A stretch of 64,000 bases of DNA, taken from NCBI GenBank assembly GCA_001949185.1, contig BDGG01000018.1:62001-126000 (forward strand), written 5' to 3'. Numbering within the stretch: position 1 is the stretch's first letter; each line of letters starts with the position of its first letter. The stretch is from Ramazzottius varieornatus (taxonomy: Eukaryota > Animalia > Tardigrada). Both the position numbers and the translations under genes were made by a program. A model generated the notes under the pieces. It was not told where the DNA came from. It searched no databases and saw only the letters and a program-made list of their open reading frames with translations. Of the stretch, positions 52,201 through 64,000 are shown one piece after another.

Positions 52201-52911
52201 GCTGGAAGTGAGCAAACCGCGAAACAATTTCTGCACAGAAACTGACACAGTATAAAATAATGGGATTTTATTCTATTCAGAGCCGAAATGTGACTTGCGA
52301 AACAGGTCTATTGAGCGTGGAAATTCTTATTCTATACTCTCCACCGTGAAAGATACCAAGGGTCTCAATGAGTTGTTTTGCGTTTTAGAGGTGAAGAATC
52401 TAATGTATAGTTATTTGTTTTATGTTACCGCTTAGCTCTTCACTTTTTGGGTACAGAATATCGTCTTAGTAACAAATATTTTTGGCTCTGCATGTCACTT
52501 CTTCCTTCGCTTTTGAAACTCGTGAGATCATATGGCATTATATGCGTATGGATGCCAGAGCGAGCGTTTTCAAATTGACTGAAGCTCGGGCATTCTGCCT
52601 CCCACAGCCGCTTGTTTTTGGGCTAATCCGGACTAAGAGTTTCAAATTTCTAATGGCCGAAAAAGCTTGTGTAAATTGTTTGCTCGTTTGCTAGGCAGTG
52701 AGCTGCACTATGAAAGCATACAGGCGACATAAAAATTGCAAGAAAAAATCAACAAATGAACCGCAAGACACAAAACGAAGAAAGTAGCCACGTTGTGAAC
52801 ATCTACACAATATTTCTGGATTTTTGGGCAAAGTTTGGACCAGTTCGGACTGGGTGGAATTCGGCGAATGCAAGAAGTAACAGTGAAAATAAATGGATAG
52901 CAGTATATATA
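49294..52911 (-). mobile_element. Two diverged head-to-tail Helitron-like non-autonomous copies (49294-50237 and 50238-52911)
   Basis: Both copies share the 3' hairpin GCTGCGAGCGAGCCGAAGGCGAAGC.AACAGCTTGT (49294-49331, 50238-50276). They also share a ~200-bp 5' block containing CCACGTTGTGAACATCTA and TGGATAGCAGTATATATA. A further hairpin+CTAG end lies at 51227-51249. Confidence 0.5.
50071..50215. mobile_element. 145-bp Tc1/pogo-type MITE
   Basis: ~32-bp imperfect TIRs CTGTRAATATYCGCTGCGWCCGCGCA with a TA TSD. Absent from the paralogous copy at ~52890. Confidence 0.75.
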
Positions 52912-53903
52912 AATTTGGATATTTTCATGTCAACGCTCCAACCTGTCTACGGTAACGGCAGATCTGACGGAGAGGAGAGAAAGGTTCTGGGTGCCAGAGA
53001 ACAAGTCAGACGTCCTTCAGCGTATCGACCGGTGAGCACTGTTACCGCGGCGTCTGACTCTCTCTCCGGCACTAGAAACTTTCCTTTCGCCTCCGGTCCA
53101 CATGTAGCCATTAGCATAGGGAAGTGAGGACGACGAGTTGGGGCTTCGAACTTTAAGGTAATTTTCATACCTCGAGGACTGAATCCAGCGGGGCGCGCAT
53201 ATTCCCGGAGAAGATCCGTCACGTTCTGTATCTTCAAGCGGACTTCCTTCCAGCGTAGTCCGTCTTCCCGTGGCGCCAATAGTACAGCCGAGAGATGATG
53301 AAGAAGAGAAGGGCTGCTGGAGAGGGAAAGATAATGCAAGCTGTCCGAGAATTTCCATGAGAAAAGTCCAGAAATCGCTGTAAACTGAGTGTGAAGCTTC
53401 AGTACTTCGCCTTCTGTAAACAACGGCGTGTCCAATGCGGGCTGATTCAGCAGCCGCCGTAGACAGGTGAAGAATACCCATCAGCAGTTACGCCGAAGGT
53501 CGAGGAATCGAGTCATGCTCGGGAATAGACGAGCTGCTGAATATGGCCTTGCACTAATTGTAGTGTCCTTCAACTAATCAACCGTAGGCTCTGGCAGCAT
53601 TCAAGGCAATTCAAATTAATCAACGCCAAGCTGGGCCATATTTAGCAGCTCTTCCATGTCCGCGGCTCCTATATTTCCCAAACAATTACACAAATTGCAG
53701 GTTTACAATTTCTAAAAAACACCTCTGGAACTGCACATCTGCAATTTTCTCAAAGTCCGTTTTACAAATTTGCAGATCCGCAGTTTTTAAAACCGAAAAG
53801 TTCCGCAATTGCAGAGTTGCTCCCCCCACCCTTAATACGTCCTTAATTGTAACTGAGCAGTGGGCAGAGTATATCAGTAAGGCGGGGCTAGTTTGAGAAG
53901 TAT

Positions 53904-54648
53904 TAGAGCACTGGGCCGCAGGTCGAAAAGTACGATGCAACTGTGCTGCGCACATTACCAGGGCGCTGTACGCTGCGCTGTGCTGCTCAACTTTTATGCC
54001 CAGTGGCTAAGCAACTGCACCTTGACCTGGTGCAACTGCGCCGAACGCCGATGCATTGAGGTGGCTTGTAACTCAGTCAGTGAAATCGGTAGTCAACCTG
54101 GAGAACCTGGCTTTCTGCTGTACGCTGTGCTGTGCCGCACAAATTTCGTCAGTTCACGCGCTGCAGCACAGCACAGCTGCAGTGCAGTACAGCGCAGCGC
54201 ATGCGGCCAGGTTCCGTGCTCTAAGAAGTATGGAGAGAACGAAATGAAAATTGCCTTTAATCGGCCAATCAAGATTGCTACAGTTAGAAGTCCTGTGTCT
54301 TGTGCGGCGCAGCACAGCGTACAGCAGAAAGCCATAGACCACCGCGCAGATGCGTCTACCGAAACCTAACAAAAATTACAGTTTTTGGGCATTCGAACGT
54401 CAGCCGTCTCAGCTTTGCCGTACTTTAGGGCAACGTTCTCCAGGTTGACTACCGATTTTACTGACTGAGTTACAGACCACCTCAATGCATCGGCGTTCCG
54501 CGCAGTTGCACCAGGTCAAGGTGCATCTGCAGCACAGCTGCTTAGCCACTGGGCATGAAAGTTGAGCAGCACAGCGCAGCGTACAGCGCCCCGGTAATGT
54601 GCGCAGCATAGTTGCAGCGTACTTTTCGACCTGCGGCCCAGTGCTCTG
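53904..54648. mobile_element. Foldback-type element with ~200-bp inverted arms
   Basis: 53904-54105 is the reverse complement of 54435-54648 (one short indel). A second inner inverted pair lies at 54110-54141/54300-54331. Termini YAGAGCACTG; no TSD found. Confidence 0.75.
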
Positions 54649-54697
54649 AATGCAGTGCAGTTGCAATCGCCGAAATGGTGAGAAAATGCAGTTGCAG

Positions 54698-57309
54698 TGT
54701 AAAGAACAGAACAGTATTCCCTTTAGTGCTGCCATCTGTAGCCGTTTCTCGCCATCCGCCCTCTGTTTGGTCTGTTCTTTCCGTTACGCCTTCCGCGCTC
54801 ATACGTTTCCTAGAGAGTACTTCTGTTTGGTCTACCTGTTCACCGTGGAATTATCCGAGCTTTTTTTCTTTAATTAATCAGAGCTCCTGCTCTCTTCACG
54901 GGGTTAGGCGATACTCGCTCTCGGGCACGTCTCGGTGCTGTTAGGTGGTGACGGAGGACTGAGTAACAATGTTCCCTCTTAACTTCCTGGTTCCCGTTTA
55001 AGCCTCTGATCCTCACTCTTACATTTGGTAGCGAGATTTGTGCGTTTTCTTCACAGGTTACTCTGGAAGTGACCAAGGATCCACCCTCCGCAGAAAGAAG
55101 GAAGCGTGGAGGAGGAATACGCTGGCGGGAACAGGGAAATAGACCGGAATTGTTGCTCCAAAAGTACGTCTGAACCCTCTTCCTGACAGTTGTGGTAGCC
55201 TGATTACGTGCGAAGCCAGTTATCTGGCTTACTCAATCCATCTTCGAATTCTTCGAGATGAGGAAAGCCGGGAGTTCATCGGAAGGGAGTTCATCATCCG
55301 ATCAACTAATCAACGAGTCAGCAGTTCCCGACAGTACAGCAGAAGTTCCCAATTCGGCATCGGAAGATGAGCTCGTTCAGCAAGATATCGATCTGCACGC
55401 GGTGGTCAGGCAAGCAGAGAACAATGGATAAGGCACCCACTGCAATATTGTGGCACCAGGCCAAGAAATCCAGGCAAATCACACTACGCAAAGCAGACAC
55501 ATCCGTGATACATGGACTGCCAGCATGAAGCGTGACGTCACACAAGCCACCATCTCTTTCGGGGTGCCCATTACTCCAAAGAAGCACACCCGGAAGGATC
55601 CAGCGTGTAAACCGGGTCCTTTCACAGCCAGCACTGCACCAGCTCTCCAATCAATCCTCAAGAACTATCAGGGCAGCAAGCTCGACCAAAATGTAGTCAA
55701 AGACGACCCATCAAGGGAGCAGGAAGCTGAGCTCTACGTGGAGTTTGACCAGGCCGTCAAGTTGCCTTCGTGTCAGTACCCGTCAAAACTTACTTTCCTC
55801 TCTTTAGAAGAAGCGGTCAGCAATCAATGGGATAATCCAGTGCAGATGTTTCCGGTCTACCACGAAAGGCTAACGTCGGTCAATGTTGCCCAAGCTGCCC
55901 ACGAAGCTCGCCGAACCAGATCCCAAAGCCAAGTCACTGGTGAAGTGAACCACATTCAACTACCACGACGGAAGGAACCGGCCACAAAACCGAAAAAGCG
56001 ATACGAGCCGGGATTGCCTTCCTGTCAACTTGGAGCAAGATGTCACCGTTGTGGAACGAAGAAGCTCAAAGACAGCGAGAACACGACCCCAAAAAGAGGT
56101 GCAAAGCACTACAGATGACCAGTCCGAAGAAGCAGCCTCGCAAGATGATCGACTAGACCAGGGAATGGATTCTCGGGATGAAGGCCCGGGTAGCCAGCCA
56201 ACGTCATCGGCAACAATGCCATTCAGGGTCTACCAATATCCCCCAACGATGGTCCACAACCTCGAAGTAGGTAAAAGTTGCAAGCGCAGGGAGAGGTGCA
56301 ATCGAGACCCATCGTAGGGATGGCAACGGTGACTCAAGTGACACAGCCAGACGCTGAACTTCGGGACATTCGGACAAGACGTTCAGTTTCTCGGCGTCAC
56401 TGAAGAAGCGTCATTGAAAAGCCAGGAAATTCCCCATCGTCAAACAAGGTACCCACGGGGAGGTAGCCCTGAAGGACCCCCAAGGACCTCTACGACAGCG
56501 GCGCCATCTGTCACTAGGCACCGACGTTCACCACTACAGCCGGCAGGTACTATCGCTCTACCAACGACTCCGTTAGCGGGCACCAATCACGGTTACACAA
56601 GGAAAGATGCGGACGGCAAGACCATGCGTAATCCCTTCGCGAGGTCAGACGAACACGATGGAGACCGAATGTCCGAGTGGGACAAGGTGGGCGAGCTGAA
56701 AAGGCTCGCTCTCTTAGCTAGTGCGCAGACGGGCGCTGAAGCAGCAGGAGGAACTCATACTAGAAAACCATGCTTTTGAAAAGCTACTCGCGGAACATGA
56801 AAAATTCCACAGCCGAATGCTCTTCCGTTCGCAGGCGGAAAATGAGGAAAAGCGGTGCGAAACCGAAAAGTTGTTCAAAGATATCGAGGACCACAACAAA
56901 GAGATCGAGGAACGCCATCAATACGAGGATCAACTGGAGCAGGAAAGTCGGCGACAACTATCCCAGGTGCGGTGACGTTTAGCAGTCACGTTCAGGAGTA
57001 TTCGGCACCGAATAACACTTCTGACATGAGCATCTCTCACCAAGGGTCGCAACGAGCACCACAGCCGACCTTCCTTGAACCGTCTCGGTGTGAGGCACAT
57101 GAGGGAACCGCGTTGCATCAGTCATCGCTGGATAAGCGAAACGACTCTGTAAGGCAGCCACAAAGCCTCTCCCAAGATATCCGGTCCATCCTGAATGAAC
57201 GGTCGATGCCAATTGACCAGCAGCAAGGACAACGTGACGAAGGGCTGGGTAACAATGTTCCCTCTTGACTTCCTGGTTCCCGTTTATGCCTCTAATCCTC
57301 ACTCTTACA
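54698..57309 (+). mobile_element. Gypsy-like LTR retrotransposon, internally deleted
   Basis: 5' LTR 54698-55023 (TGTAA..TTACA), PBS-like TGGTAGCGAG at 55026 and a 3' LTR remnant at 57234-57309. 4-bp TSD GCAG. Broken disordered/coiled-coil gag-like ORFs at ~55365-57230; no pol. Confidence 0.8.
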
Positions 57310-57530
57310 GCAGTGCAGTTCCGGTTTTGAAAAAGGGGGCACCAATTCGCCGCAGTACACTGTTGTTGCCCCAAAAACAGTAGCAAAAGTATTTTTCTGG
57401 TCGGACTGTACCATTATCCGTTTAAATCTCCGTAAAACATCCACGTTCACAATTTATTTGACATGTATTTCCGTTGACATGCAGAAATTCTGATTTTTAA
57501 ATGCAGTGCAGTGCAGTTGCACTTTGAAGG

Positions 57531-59981
57531 CAGGGTTGTTCCGATTATTGTAATACATGATTGAAAATGGCTGATTTTGGCCTTTTTGGAATTCCGATAC
57601 AACAATTCAACTGAGATACTTTTGCCAACGTATTTCGATATTAATCGTAATTCAAGTTCAAATGAAAAATGATCAGAGTATGTTAATTCGTGATTCAAAT
57701 CATACAAGGGCTTAATTCAAATAAGCATAAGCGGAATAAGACACTAGGGCCGATTTGAATAGCGCATTAGTACCACAAAATTGCAAGCTCAAGTGCGCCG
57801 GTTGAACAGCTGTCAGCGTCAAGCCGCATCGCCAATTTGCCCCCGGACTACAGCGCATTCAGAGGCTGGAACATCGGGGCTTTTTGTCGCAGTCTGCCTC
57901 TTACGGTTGCGTATCGTTGATCGTTGATTTGATGAGCAGATGAATTCGTAAAGCATCGCCGGAAGTGAAGCCAAAGAGTTTTGGGTGACTTTGTGACCCG
58001 TTCAGAATACAACGCTAATCAGTGTTGTTCCAAGTTTTCATACTGACGTCTCAATCATAGTCAAGAATCAGAACAAGGGATAGCGTAAGGCAGACACGCA
58101 GAAGATGGGTAAGAAGCCTTTCACGAGCACGTCTCCCACAGAATCCATCGTGGACTTCCTCCGCAAACGGCGTTCCTTCACCGTTACCATCCGCTACCAG
58201 TGAGCTGAGCATTTCCTTTGAAAGTCCAAACGTCTTAGTTCCAAATTTCGAGAAGTTTGCAGGGTGAAGGAAGAAGGACTCGCCAGTTTGGAATTTCTTA
58301 TAACATAAGAGTTTATCTGCAAACGCGTCCAGCAGCCCACAAGAGATACCTCGAACTGTTGGCAAAACAGAAAGTTGAAAAGGAGAAAGATTCCGTTTCG
58401 GGCGTTTCCTTCAAACAAGTAACGCTCGAAGAGATGGCTCAGTCAAGAAAGCCGTACGATAAAAATCATCCAAGGTAAATTGATTGATCGACTGATTCGG
58501 GCATACCGATTTGCAAAATCTGATTTCTGATCATTATTTGCAGGCACGACAGTACACTTCAGAACGTTGCTCGTTATGTTCTGCGGCCACCATCCATGAC
58601 GCTGAATGGGATTGAAAACGGAAGTCTTCCACGACTTGATCCATGATCTGGACAACCGAGCGCATTTACTTACATACAAGACCGTACGCGGCTCACAGAC
58701 TCAATTGAAGAGCGACTTCGAGAAACCATTAATGATCTGCTGAAGAATGCCGGCCAAATCTGTCTCACCACTGGTAAGCTTCATGTTTTCTTTTGTTTTT
58801 TTAGGGTTCCAAATGTTGGATTTCCAATCTGTTTAACGGTCGTAGAGATCTGGACCAAGAAAGGTATGACAGAAACATTCCTCGGGATCACCGCACACTT
58901 CACCAACAGGAAGAGTCTTGTCAGACATCACATCACACTCAGCTTTCCGTCTCGCTACTCGGCAGAAAACATCTACGTGTTGTTCAAACAAGAACTGACC
59001 AACTGGGGCATCAAGCCGCAGAACGTGTCGATCGTCCGGACCGACAATGCTTTGAATATGGTGGCCGCGTTCAAGATGCATGACGCGAACCTTGACCAGT
59101 ATGTCACCGAGGCGGATGGGCTCAAAGCAGTCGACGAGGCTGTGCTGCAGTGCATGATGCACGAGGACAACCCACTGGAGGATGACAAGGGAGCGGGGAA
59201 AACAGTAGAGGGGTCCGAGAAGTTCGAGGTGGAAGCCGAGAGCTTGTTTGAAGACTACAAGCGATATCCATGTTCCATGCGTTGCAGCCTGTCGTAAAGC
59301 TGTTTAAGGATAGCGCGCCAATCAAAGCAGTTATGACGAAAGTACGCAGTCATGTCACGAATTTCATTCTGTCGAGTATTGCAACACCCTAGCTGATACG
59401 TCGTACGGGCGTGAAGCTAGTTGCGGAGAATGAGACTCGTTGGTCGAGCACTTTGATGATGACTGAGGGATTTGTCAGAGCGAAGGCTGCAGTCGACTGA
59501 TGATTGTGGTGGAGAAGATCGCGAAAGCCGATAATCAGACTGAAGTAGGATGGCGCGTGTTGAAAGGAGTGGTCAAGTTACTCGGGAAGTTCAAGCTGGT
59601 AAGAATCGCCTCTGATGCGAAAGGGCTGATCATACCACTATGTGATAGCGCCAGACGAACCCGCGCCAGAATTGATCTGTGCACCCGGATAAGATGCCTC
59701 GGGCACTGCATGATCGATGTAGCACGATGGGAGGACACTCCATACGCTCACTAATATTGCGACTGGAATATCAGCTTTACGGGCATGCTATATTGAAATT
59801 ACAAAATGTCGTCCTAATAATTCAAATAATTTGAATTGCTGTCGAAAGCTGGATTCCGATTGATCGTAATCGTCAGTTCAGTAACGACGAACTACCGGCA
59901 GTTCGAATTACGGCTACGCGAAGGATTTCGATTAATCGTAATTGTAATTCGAACTGCAAAAGTCGTATCGGAACAACACTG
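57531..59981 (+). mobile_element. hAT transposon, 2451 bp, with a decayed transposase (~58090-59600)
   Basis: TIRs CAGGGTTGTTCCGAT/ATCGGAACAACACTG, TSD TTTGAAGG/TTTGGAGG (7/8 match). Motifs IWTKKGMTETFLGITAHF, VRTDNALNM and NETRWSSTL. Related to the hAT at 41217. Confidence 0.88.
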
Positions 59982-60237
59982 TTTGGAGGACAGCCAAAAA
60001 CTGCAGATGCAGTGCAGAAGCAGCACGGGTTTCAGCTACTGCTGCAGGGCTCTACTCTCTTCGTTTCCCTACTGTTCTGTGTTCGCTTCGTAACGAATCT
60101 GACATCTGGCACAAGTATTGGAGAGGGAAGGAATAGGTGGATGACGTCTTGAAAGGTTAGTAATTGCAAATTGAACAGGCGTGCGAGCAGTGCAGATAAG
60201 GCTAATGATATACTTTTGCAGTTAAATCCATCCAGCT

Positions 60238-63200
60238 ATGAACGTCCGGCAGCAGCAGCACCAACAGCGTCCTGCAGTCAACCAGCCCATCTTGATCGGA
60301 CAAGGACAGCATCGGACCCAGACGTCTTCTGAAGGTTCGGAATGGGGTGGCGAGGAGGACGAGAACTTCCTGTGCAACGTGGAGGAAGAATACATGGCCA
60401 GTCAAGCCGCCAGCAAACAAGCTTCACCATCCAATGGAGCTGCACTTCCGGTCCTGCAGAAGTTCGGCCTTGCTCGACAGCCTGTGCGGCAGATGCATCC
60501 TGGTCCACCTCCTCAAGTACAAGTCCGACCGCCACACCAAGGTCCAAGGAACAACTTGTCTCCACAACCCAGGCCACAGATCAGACCGTCTCAACCCAAT
60601 GCCCGTCCACCGTCGCAGTTTCAGACACCGCGGCCTGCTTTCCAGCCGCAGTCTTCACAAAGCCTACCTCGACTAGCCTTTCCTCCTTCACAGGCACCCA
60701 GAAATGTCCCATACCAACCATCGATCAGCCAGCTTCCGCAGAAGAAAGTGCCGGAGAATTTACAAGAGGCCTTACAACAAATAGCATCTGTAAGCAAAAC
60801 TCGCCTTGCCTTGCGCATGACGTAAATTGACGTCATCCGAAACACCTGTCGTGGCCTAGGTTTTCCGTGACGTCATGGGCGAGTTGTGTGGGTACTGGTC
60901 ACATGGCATAATGGCCGTACCGGAACGGCAAAAAAGTATCCGTGGCCAGAACCTATCTTGCTGTGGCTGTAGTTTTATTTGTTCTGTGTTTTGCAGATGG
61001 AAAGTACGACGTTGATTCAGAAAGGTGAAGTTACAAACGTTCGATTGGAAGTCAAAAGGAAAGAGGAGGAAGTCATGAAGCTCAAGCGAGAACTGGAAGC
61101 CTGCCGCAGGAACGCCCAGCAAGAGTTGAACCTCCTCCAACAACAACACAAGTTGGACCAGGACCGCCTTCAAACAGAGCTCAATTTTAAGAACCAAGAG
61201 CTGGTAGAAGTTGCCCACAGAGTCTGCCGTCTGGAGAGCGACTACAAGACTGACTGCCCTACAACCTCCAACAGCTGCCTTCCTGATATCAAAACTCCAC
61301 AGAAGCGTCTGGCGCCTCCTGACCGTGGAAACTTCCCTACGCCTTCCGCCTTTTACGATACCAGCGACAGTCCAAGAATAAAGCGTCAGAGAAAAGAAGA
61401 ACAGGCTGCGGAAAGAGAAAAGATGCTTGTTTCCAGAGAGATCCAAACTGACGCGGAAGTTTCAACAGGTGTAGCGCCTCAGCCGGAAGGATTCCTGGGG
61501 TCTAGAGCACGAAGCGTTAGTGGGCAGGTGTCTATGGCGCAGGTGGGTCAGGGGGAAGAGGGCGGAGCCGTTGTAGTGGAGGCCGTGCCGGCCGCTGACG
61601 GTGCGAACAAGGCTGTGCCTCGGTCCACTCAAGACAGCACGGATACGGACAGAGCCGCTGTCCGCTCCTACAAGATTGTCCATGACCTGAACGATTCACG
61701 ACCCAGCATGGAGGAAATGTTTACGCTGGCCGTTCTACTGCAACCTCCGCCCCAGTTTGAGCACAGTTCCAGCTTCGAGCTGGATCTGGAGCGGAAGAAG
61801 CAGATCGACCTGCAGCTGAGTCGTTCGGGTAAGTTGCCCAAGAAGGTGGTCAAGGAGGAGATTCAAGCCATCCTGACCAGCAGCAAGGCGCCCAAGGCAG
61901 CCCTGTACCCGCCACACATCGTAGCCCAAGAAGCCATCGCCTTGTTCGTCTCGGCTGAACGAAGACTGTCGTGCGCCAACAAGAACGTGGCCAACCTGAT
62001 TTTGGGACTTTTGGTACCTGTCTTGGCTGATCATTTGCGACAGTACGCCAGTTTTTTGCATAACTTGTCGGCCTTGGCTAATGCTGGCAGCTTAAGCAAG
62101 TCCACAAGCTGCAACGGAAGCCAGGAGGGAGGTCAGTTTAAAGTAGCCTTATTTTTCGGCCGTTTTGTTCCCCAGCTTTGGTTGGGTCAATCTTGACGAT
62201 AATTATATCATAGGTGGCGGTGGCGGGCAGTTGGGTGAAGTTAGCAGTCTGACCGTGTACTTCTCGTCGCTGATGGCCAACTCCAGCTGGAGCAACTTGA
62301 AGTTTGTGGAGGCGGTGGAGAGGAACAGCAAGCTGACGCTGATTGTGCTGAAGAAGCTGCTGACCTTCTGCCCGGAAGTGCATAAGTTTGTCATGAAGGA
62401 AATCCAAGCCAATGCCGTCTACTCGGACTTGGCGGCCCACTTCAGCGAGATGAGGGTCTTTGCCGCCGATCAAGCAGGTAGGAAAGCATGGCCAGTCAAA
62501 AAGGGAGCTGCCAATTGAATGTGTCCACTAAATTCGTTAAGATGGCCACAGTCTTTTTGGGCATTGTACTGAGTGCTATCGTTTTGGGCAGATGAGCTTG
62601 AGGAGAAGAATGGGGCGCAGCCGAGGGAAGAAGAGGGCTGGAGTGAGACATCGGCGGAGGAATGGCTGCTGGTGCGGCAGCAGCTGTCGTCCAAGTATCG
62701 GCTGGACGGGAGGGTGCAGCAGCAAGCCATGCTGCAACTGACCAAGACGCCACCAGCCCTCAAGAGCGCCTCGGCCTTCCAACTGCTCCTCCTCCTCTGT
62801 GACCCTGTTCAGTTTAAGGTACCCAGCCTGAGGCTGCCTTTCCGCCCTCTTGTCGCATTCTTCCTCTGTCCTTTCCCTTCTTGGCAGATCTACCAGAAAG
62901 ATATGTTGGCTTTGGCAGCTGGGGCCATGACGGCGTTGGCTGACAGTGTCCCTGTCGACTCTGAAGAGGCCCACCAAATGTAGGGGGTTATGCCTCTTGT
63001 CTTTCATGTGTTGTGTCAGACCCTGAAGTGACCGTCTTTGACTTGTAGAGGCGATGGCTTGCTGTCAGAGGAGGTCTTGACCAACTTTGTGGCGGCCGCC
63101 GCTAGCGACGAGCTGGCACTGCAACCGGCCATCAGCCTGCTGTCCGTCTTGCTCAAGTGGAGCTGGTGTTGCCCGCGACTGTGCACTGGCGATGCCGGTA

Positions 63201-63950
63201 AGTCCCTGTCTCACTGAATGAAGGTAGGAAGCTGTGCTACTAGGGTCTTTTTTCTATGTCTCCTCAGAGACCTGTCCGCTGCTACGGCTGTACCTCAACG
63301 TCTTCAGCATTCCCCCGCTGAAGCAGCGCCACGTCATCGACCAAGGCCTCCTGCACAAGCAGATGCTGGACTGTCTCTTTGACATCTGCTTCGCCACCGA
63401 CCCCCACAAGACGGCCCTGCTGGCTTATCCCCAACGCCACTGTGTCATCTCGGTACAGTACCATTTCCTTTGTACTGCTGGCCCAAGCGCCAGCTATTAC
63501 GGTGACAGTGTAAATGTCACGGTGTGGTTGTAGTTGATGCACTTGTTTGTGGAGGTGCTGCACTCTTACGTCTGGTCCTTGAGCAGCCAGGCCGAGTTTG
63601 CCCAAGAGGACCAGGTCGGCCTGTGCTTGCCCTCTTTCCAGCAGATCATTCTGGAAGGTGTCCTCTTCCTGTACTGCATGAAGAACCGCCAGACCTCGGC
63701 CAGCACCTTCCAGAAAATGATCCACCTGGTCAACCACTACCTACAGGAAATTATTGTCCTCCTCCACCATCAGCGCCTCTTCTCATACTCGGAAGAATTC
63801 CGTAAGTTGTATCCATCAATGGGCAAGACACACAACGTGAAACCAGACCCTACTCTTTCTGCTCTAGAAACTTGTCTGGAGCACATGTATGACGACGTCA
63901 TTCACAGCAAGCTCAGCTTGGCCCCACTTTCTGCGCAGCCAATGGAATGA
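60238..63950 (+). CDS. ATRIP: ATR-interacting protein (ATRIP) orthologue, ~984 aa, 9 exons
   Basis: Exons 60238-60789, 60997-62131, 62214-62477, 62592-62818, 62888-62979, 63049-63197, 63268-63452, 63534-63801 and 63868-63950 splice in frame. Acidic N-terminal patch plus ASQA; coiled-coil LIQKGEVTNVR..LQTELNFKNQEL; FPT..F motif; Leu-rich helical C-terminal half. Confidence 0.75.
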
Positions 63951-64000
63951 CGTCAACACATGATCATTTCTCCAGCACAATTCCTCTTCAATTTTTCCAT

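Larger units (their letters stand above)
54649..60054. mobile_element. TGCAG-repeat hAT-like MITE split by two later insertions
   Basis: TGCAGTGCAG repeats rejoin across the LTR element and across the 57531-59981 hAT. Right terminus CAGGGCTCTA; left terminus not seen. Confidence 0.5.

Noticed and set aside
52947-53481. Overlapping 162-aa and 154-aa minus-strand ORFs
   Set aside because: No recognisable domain or gene structure. Left unassigned, probably a decayed fragment.
46898-53831. TTGCAGATCYGCAA-rich blocks at ~46900-47040 and ~53690-53830 as ends of one large element
   Set aside because: The motif is shared but the termini align poorly and no TSD is evident, so a single element cannot be supported.
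53893-54802. Cys/Ala-rich ORFs on both strands with near-identical peptides
   Set aside because: Artefact of the foldback inverted repeat and the TGCAG/GCTGT low-complexity repeats.

Overview
Eukaryotic (animal) genomic DNA with short GT-AG introns, mostly about 50-300 nt. The compact architecture suggests a small invertebrate genome such as a tardigrade, but that is inference only. Host genes: AMP deaminase (minus strand, runs off the left edge), an ABCC10/MRP7-type transporter, a small low-complexity gene, a Smad2/3-type R-Smad that appears to lack the MH1 domain, a secreted three-Kazal protein, a small single-pass membrane gene cut by a Tc1 insertion, and a divergent ATRIP orthologue. About 40 kb lies in two transposon-dense blocks (about 5.4-24 kb and 37-60 kb) where TIRs and target-site duplications let the nesting order be read directly. 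The first block holds a decayed PHD/chromodomain gene, an 11.5-kb PIF/Harbinger-type composite with a possible third zinc-knuckle gene, a Sola-like transposase, a young Harbinger (Pangu-like) element with an intact transposase, and three hAT MITEs. The second block holds a Tc5-like element with a TNA duplication, hAT and P-element remnants, a Tc1 DD34E element, tandem Helitron-like copies and a deleted gypsy-like LTR element. No rRNA or CRISPR is present. Best leads: the MH2-only Smad, the three-gene Harbinger composite, the Tc1-truncated membrane gene, the candidate AMPD micro-exons and the decayed multi-reader chromatin gene. I found no single clearly new biological system. All calls come from motif recognition by eye, without database searches.
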